This document shows positions 57,618 through 64,000 of a stretch of 64,000 nt of DNA, one piece after another. The stretch is taken from assembly GCA_951406725.2 (NCBI GenBank), contig OX597814.1:36456001-36520000 (forward strand), in the 5' to 3' direction. The notes below the pieces were generated by a model. That model worked only from the letters and a program-made list of their open reading frames with translations. It did not search any database and was not told where the DNA came from. The stretch's first letter is position 1. Each line of letters begins with the position of its first letter. Source of the DNA: Octopus vulgaris (lineage: Eukaryota). A program made the translations under genes and the position numbers.

Positions 57618-57742
57618 CAGGGTGCCCCCCAAAAATGTATACACATTCGGCAAAAGAGAACGATAGAATAAGTACTAAGCTTACAAAGAATAACAAATTT
57701 ACAATTATTTAAGGTGTGTATGCATTTTTTTGGGACACCCTG
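57618..57742. mobile_element. Tc1-type MITE (125 bp)
   Basis: TIRs cagggtgccccccaaaaatgtatacaca / tgtgtatgcatttttttgggacaccctg, TA on both flanks. Confidence 0.85.
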
Positions 57743-57769
57743 TATATATATTCATCCCCTTATTATTAT

Positions 57770-58320
57770 GTCACTTTACTAACTGCATCTTTGTACATAA
57801 CTTGTACAGCCTTCATGAGCCGTTCATCTACACATAGTTTTCTCAGTGACCAACAAATTACTGGACATGGTACACTGTCAAATAACTTCTCCATGTCAAT
57901 GAAATCCAGGAAAAGTAATTTATTTTTAACCAAGTATTTCTCCTGCAGTTGTCTCTCAAGGATCATTGTATCTGTATCTGTTGTGCTTTTTCTGTGCATG
58001 AAGCCAAACTGCATCTCATCTAGGTCTACACTATCATGGATCAATTGTGCTGTGACTTACCCCAGAACATCCATTACATGATCCAGTTGTTTAGTTCCCC
58101 TATACTTGCTTCTATCTCTCTCAGGCATCTCTTTTGCCTTTGTTGTACTTTATGATGATACTGCTGAACCTGTCATTGTGTATGACTCTTTTCTGAATAA
58201 CTTGATGAACTATTCAGATGGTGATTTTGTATCATACCTCACCAGTTATTTTGAACATCTCTGCAGCTATCCCTGATGGGCCTGTGGCTTTCTTTCTTCT
58301 CTTGTCCTAAATTGTTTCTT
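57770..58320 (-). mobile_element. RTE-clade RT fragment
   Basis: LDEMQFGFM..KSTTD..RQLQEKYL..FIDMEKLFDSVP..WSLRKL. Confidence 0.85.
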
Positions 58321-58454
58321 CTAACAGAATCCTGAACCAAAGAAATATATAAACAAATCTAGTTGTTTGGCCTATAGTCAACCTGGCTTAAATCAACTGC
58401 AATTCAGAACTTTTTCTTTTCTATATTTCAGACATAGTATATCCAGAATTAAAT

Positions 58455-58900
58455 TATCAACTCTGACGTCTGGCAGCTGACTTGGCAGACACCCATAAAA
58501 TTATCAACCATCGCACAAACAATAACTCTGAGCACCTCTTCAAACTCCACCCGTCTAACACTCGTGGACATATTTACAAAGTAAGAAAACAGCACAGCTC
58601 CCATGACTTCAGGAAACATTTTTTCACGCTGAGAGTTGCTGAAGCATGGAACAAACTGCCAGCATCAGTTGTTAGTTGTCGGAGCACTGCATCCTTCAAA
58701 ACTTCCATGCTTCCTGAGATTCACCAACACTACACTTGATTTTCTCCCCTCCATACACACGCAAGCATGTATCTGACTCATACACTGTTCACTTTCCAGA
58801 CATTTCTACATTACTGCATGTACTTTATATGCACTTTCTGACAAGTTGTGGTGCACCTGAGCACTGTATACAATAATTTCATTATTATTATTATTATTAT
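58455..58900 (+). mobile_element. CR1/L2-group LINE 3' fragment
   Basis: NTRGHIYKV...RKHFFTLRVAEAWNKLPASVV; 3' UTR ending in (ATT)n. Confidence 0.85.
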
Positions 58901-58901
58901 A

Positions 58902-59375
58902 CCATAAATCCTCGAGTATAGTCCGCCCTTGAGTATAATATGCAGGGGATTTTTAGGGGCTTGTACCTCTGAAAAACCTAAACCTTGTGTATAATATGCA
59001 CCCCTTTCTATAACTTGAGTCAAGGAGGGCTATATACTGTCCTTTGTATATATAACATAATGCAAATGTGTAGCTTTTTTGTGCATTTTGTTTACAGAAA
59101 ATAAGGAAATAACAGTAATAACGTTTAATAAATGTTACTTATGCATGTTATGGATGATTCTTTTATGACTTCATTGCTTTCAGGCTTACCTTAAGGTATT
59201 TTCGTGTCTGACATCACAAAATGCGTCTGAATAAAAATTGCTGGACAGCAAATAGAGTCTTGGACATTGCTTAGAAAATAGTTTTCATTTTTAACCTTGT
59301 ATATAGTACGTACTAGGGATTTTGATCTTTAAATCCTTTTGGGAAAAAATGCGGATTATACTTGAGGATTTACAG
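58902..59375. mobile_element. Pogo/Tigger-like MITE
   Basis: TA + ccataaatcctcgagtatagtccgc ... gcggattatacttgaggatttacag TIRs. Confidence 0.7.
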
Positions 59376-60754
59376 AATGACTCTTTAAGATTCGAGGGTG
59401 TAATATAAAGGAGATTTAATTTATATTTTTAGCAGTTTCTATGATTGCTTAAAGGGTTCCTTGCTGGTTCAACAAATATTCTCCCAAAGCAGCATATTAA
59501 ACAGACTAAAACTTACAAAATAATTGAGAAAATATCTACAAATATATAAACTGGAGGAAAAATGTATTCCAAAAAAAAAAAAAAAAATCATAAGAAAAAG
59601 AGAATCAAACCGAAATTGATATAACCCTTTTTATGGCACAAATATATTATTGAATACAATAAAACACTGAATGAAACAATTTCAAAACCCTGCTTTCTTA
59701 AAATGGCAACTGTATGGCACTCTCACCTGCCTAGATTAGTTTTCAGTAGATGGTACGGCTGGAAAACAGTTCTGTTTCAGATTGTCAATTCAAGTTACTG
59801 TCAACATAGATATTCCTTTGGGGCCGTTGAACTTGGAATAATAATCTCTTAGTCATTCTTTTCATAATTGACTTTATATATTATTTATCGATTATTATTT
59901 TTATCTTTTTTTATTTTGAGAAATATAGCTGCCCATGAAGACATAGTGCCAAAATACTGATTGAGGTGTCATTAGTTCATATCCCATCAGTGACACTGAA
60001 TTCTGTTTACTGTCAAGATAAATGATTCTCAAATCAGTCCAGTAAGCCACAGATAGAGACCAAACATAGGCATAATTTAACCATACACAGAAAATAATAT
60101 TTTATTAATGTATGTACTTCAAACAGCTTTAGATTGAAATACTGGTGTACAACATATATACTGCGTATACAAATGTGGGATGTAACATTTAGCCTTAGAG
60201 AAATATCTTGCATATAAAAACCATTGGGCCTTACTCAGAATGCTGGTAGATCACCAGACATGGTGTTTCAACTGTATTAGGTTTCCTCAGAGATGAATGC
60301 ATGGTCATTCTAAGCTAAACCCACAAATGCTTAATGTGACAGAATTTGGTAAACATTTGCATACACATTATATGTGTTGAACATACCAATATTTAAATTG
60401 AAAGCTGTTTTGAATGCATGTATTAATTTAATTCAGTGAATGTTTAGTTTTTCTATTTCTACATTAGAACAAGCAGTTGTTTGCGTAGTTCAGTAGTCCA
60501 GGATATTCATCATAAAAAACATTTCTCTGAGACAAACTATTACAGCTAGTGTCATTCCACATTTGTATATTCATTATAAATATGTTATTCGTTGGTAGTA
60601 CTGAGTTCCCTAAACCCTTTCAATGTTTGTTGAGGATGGAAAAGCTCTGATAGGTTTGACTTTATTTATTTAGTTCAAGAAGCACAGTTAAGTCCACATG
60701 CTTTGTAGAGCTTTACAGAGCTTAGGATGCTGCGGTTAATGTTCGCTATTAATT

Positions 60755-61135
60755 TCTGGCTCCCGTTCTGGTGGCACATAAAATGCATCATCCGAACGTG
60801 GTTGATGCCAGTGTCCCCTGACTGGCTCCCGTACTGGTGGCTTGTAAAAAGCACCATCTGAACATAGCCAATGTCAGTACCCACTGACTGGCTCTCAAGC
60901 CGGTGGCACCTAAAAAGCACTATTCAAACATGATTGATGCCAGGCCTGCCTAACTGGCTCCTGTGCTGGCAACATGTAAAAAGTACTCACTACACTCTTG
61001 GAGTGGTTGGCGTTAAGAAAGGCATCCAGCTGTAGAAACATTGCCTGATCAGATTGAAGCCTGGTGCAGGCACTGGCTCTCCAGACCTCAGACAACCTGT
61101 CCAATCCATGCCAGCATGGAAAACAGACGTTAAAC

Positions 61136-61168
<33 letters not shown>
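60755..61168 (+). repeat. Repeat family D with internal 66-bp tandem units
   Basis: ctggctc at 60756, 60822, 60888 and 60954; (GAT)n tail. Confidence 0.8.
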
Positions 61169-61169
<1 letters not shown>

Positions 61170-61286
61170 GGTCTGTTGGGGAAAATGTTATCAGGGAAGG
61201 TGGCTTAGATTTTCTAAAAATGTTGCAATTCTAAGAACGGATGATTGGGATATTTAGTTTTATAATTAGAACAATAACCGTCACCC

Positions 61287-61583
61287 TTTTCAAGCCTAGC
61301 CAGGCTCATGGGCCCGGTTTGCCAGTTTCTATGGTGTAGGTGTTCCCCCCAGCTGGACAGGACGCCAGTCCATTGCAGTGTTACTCAAAAAACAGGAAGA
61401 GAGAGTGAGAGAAAGTTGTGGTGAAAGAGTACAACAGGGGTCATCACCACCCCCTGCTGGAGTCTCGTGGAGCTTTTAGGTGTTTTTGCTCAATAAACAC
61501 ACACAAAGCCCGGTCTGGGAACCGAAACCGCGATCCTCCAGCCATGAGTCCGCTGCCCTAACCACTAGGCCATTGCACCTCCA
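61287..61583 (-). mobile_element. SINE family C
   Basis: Matches 14561-14852. Confidence 0.85.
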
Positions 61584-61843
61584 CTATAATTAATAAAACT
61601 AAATAAATTTGTAAAAGTATCTCAATATTAAAATCATTCAGTGAAACAGGGTTTTATGGGAGAACACTTTAAAAGAATGGGGAAAGGGTCTGATTACTGG
61701 CTATACATAGCGTACTAATTAGTAGGAGCAGTACATGTTGTCACTTCAATGGAAAGGGAGGAGGAAGATTAAAATTCACCAGTAAGATAGTGGTTGTTTG
61801 TGTGTAGGCTTATGAAGAGTTGCTAATCCGTCAGATACATCGC

Positions 61844-62250
61844 AAGGAGTGGCTGTGTGGTAAGTTGCTTGCTTACGAACCACATGGTTCTGGGTTCAGT
61901 TCTACTGTGTGGTACCTTGGGCAAGTGTCTTCTACTATAGCCTCGGGCCGACCAAGGCCATGTTAGTAGATATGGTAGATGGAAACTGAAAGAAGCCCGT
62001 CGTATATATGTATATATATATGTGTGTGTGTGTGTGTATACTTTTGAATGTCTGTGTTTGTCCCACCAACATCGCTTGACAACCGATGCTGGTGTGTTTA
62101 TGTCCCCGTAACTTGGCAGTTTGGCAAGAGAGACTGATAAAATAAGTACTAGGCTTACAAGGAATAAGTCCTGGGGTCGATTTGCTCGACTAAAGGCGGT
62201 GCTCCAGCATGGCCGCATTCAAACGACTGAAACAACTAAAAGCGTAAATG
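61844..62250 (+). mobile_element. SINE family A
   Basis: Family match. Confidence 0.85.
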
Positions 62251-62679
62251 AGTATTTGTTTTGTTCTTTTACTGGTTTCAGTCATTGGGCTGTGGACATA
62301 CTTTGACATCACCTTCAAAAGTTTTAAATAATGATACTAACCACAGTAATTATATCGGAATGTTATGTATTGTACAAAACTTGAATTGTTGAGTTATGCC
62401 TTGACATAAATGAACATTTGACACATCTTATATGGGTAAGCATAAACCCACAGAGCATACTGACATGCACACAAGCACATATGCATGCATACACAATGGG
62501 TTTCCACACAACTGTAGCCTCACTTACAAAGCATTGATCAATGCAGGGAGCTTTGCAGTGGGCTCAAACTTACATCTGGAAACATTTGGTTATGAAGCAA
62601 ACTTCTTAACTATATAGCTATGCCACGCTCACAGTTACCATTTAAAATATTGAATTAAAGAAGAGAATAAGTGCACCTT

Positions 62680-62770
62680 AGTTATAATGCAATATTCAAG
62701 ACAAGGACAGTTAGTGTAGAAGCTAAGTTATAATGCAATTTATAAGACAAGGACAGTTAGTGTTGAAGCT
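62680..62770. repeat. 46-bp tandem duplication (2 units)
   Basis: agttataatgcaat..aagacaaggacagttagtgt.gaagct twice. Confidence 0.9.
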
Positions 62771-62949
62771 TAAAACGTAATTACAAGTATGCTAAAGATT
62801 GAAATTTATTTTCACAATATTAATCACATTGTGTATATCCATGTAATTCTTGCTGTTTAGCCCAAGATCAACAGTATTGTAGCCATGAATATCTCATTTT
62901 TTTTCATTCAGACATATATTTAAGATAACATAGAAGTCATCCACTGCAC

Positions 62950-63171
62950 TCTCATTACTGTATTTATTTTGGGATGCTCTGTGTTTCTCTCAATTATTTT
63001 AGATATGACAAAGAATTTAGTAAAACAACTTGGTTATCATTAAGCTGGTGTTAGGAACAGTAATTGTGACTAAGGTTTGGTGAAAGATTTTAATTCAAAA
63101 TTTATGAAAACAAGATATTTGTACTACAGAGCCAGAGCCGGTTTCAGCCAGGTTGGTATCAAAAGGGTTAA
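62950..63171. mobile_element. Possible piggyBac-type MITE, left end degenerate
   Basis: Right end ...gtatcaaaagggTTAA. Confidence 0.4.
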
Positions 63172-64000
63172 GAAGGGTATCCAGCTGTAGAAACCACACT
63201 AAACTGGACTGGAGCCTGTTACAGCTTTCTGACTTACCAGTGCCAGCCAAACCATCTAACTCATGCCAGCATGGAAAAACAGATACTAAATGATGATGAT
63301 GATGATATATTTAAGGCTGTATTATCCAATATATCCTTACCATTTTAGGACAATAATGTGTTATGGCTGTTATTTCTAGCAGGTTGTATAATTACAAAGC
63401 ATCTCTATTGCTGGTCTAGACATTGTGAAAATTGGTTGAACTTGCAATTTAATATTGATGAGTCTAGTTCAGTTTTGATTTTATGGTTTAATTACTCTAA
63501 TTAGTGAATTAGCTGAAGAGCAAAGTTTCAGCCATTAGAGGAAACAACATTAAATTTGTATCTACTTTTTGTAAAGAAGCATCATCTTCTAGAGCAAACA
63601 AAGAAAGTTACAGCATTTTGTTTAATTGATGAAAACATAAAAAGTTAGTCGTTCTTGAAATATCCATTATCCCCACATTTGTCATTATGTTCTCAAACAT
63701 TTCATCTGCCTATAATTTCACAATGCCAATCCTAACACAGTGGATAGGAATTTCCAGACAATTCACTATGGCTTCATATTTATCATGTGGCATCTGGTTT
63801 TAGAATTATAATATTATATCCTTGCATGTTGTGAGAGATAGCTAAAAGGTGCTGGTAGCAAGAGCAGGACATACAAGTGGGAAAAAGAGCTTCAGAAAAA
63901 AACCTATCTAACCCATGCTAATATCGATGAGGAGAGGCAAAATGATAATAATGATGATGGTGATGATGATGATAATGACAATGTGGACAATAACAATGAT

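Noticed and set aside
60755-61000. CRISPR-like repeat/spacer look
   Set aside because: The variable halves are homologous to each other, the array lies inside a eukaryotic interspersed repeat, and there are no cas genes

Overview
AT-rich, microsatellite-dense eukaryotic DNA, almost entirely transposon-derived. The SINE/LINE repertoire and the (TA)n, (TAA)n and (TCTA)n load suggest a coleoid cephalopod such as Octopus (inference). No host protein-coding gene can be supported; most listed ORFs are microsatellite or SINE translations. Recognisable elements: two L1/Tx1-clade LINEs, stacked R4/Dong-type RLE LINE fragments, RTE and CR1 fragments, Tc1, mariner and hAT relics, MITEs, a complete non-autonomous Helitron, a probable solo LTR rich in housekeeping-promoter motifs, a tRNA-Glu pseudogene and four SINE-like families. 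The most notable signal is a set of short non-coding elements inserted in microsatellites. Several are fold-backs (a unit plus an inverted partial copy; 13.2, 27.7, 33.4 and 44.8 kb) and several carry hammerhead-ribozyme-like cores, two unrelated ones with a CCGANGA (U4C) core. This matches non-autonomous Penelope-like or retrozyme-like elements. All coordinates were read by eye and are approximate at element edges.
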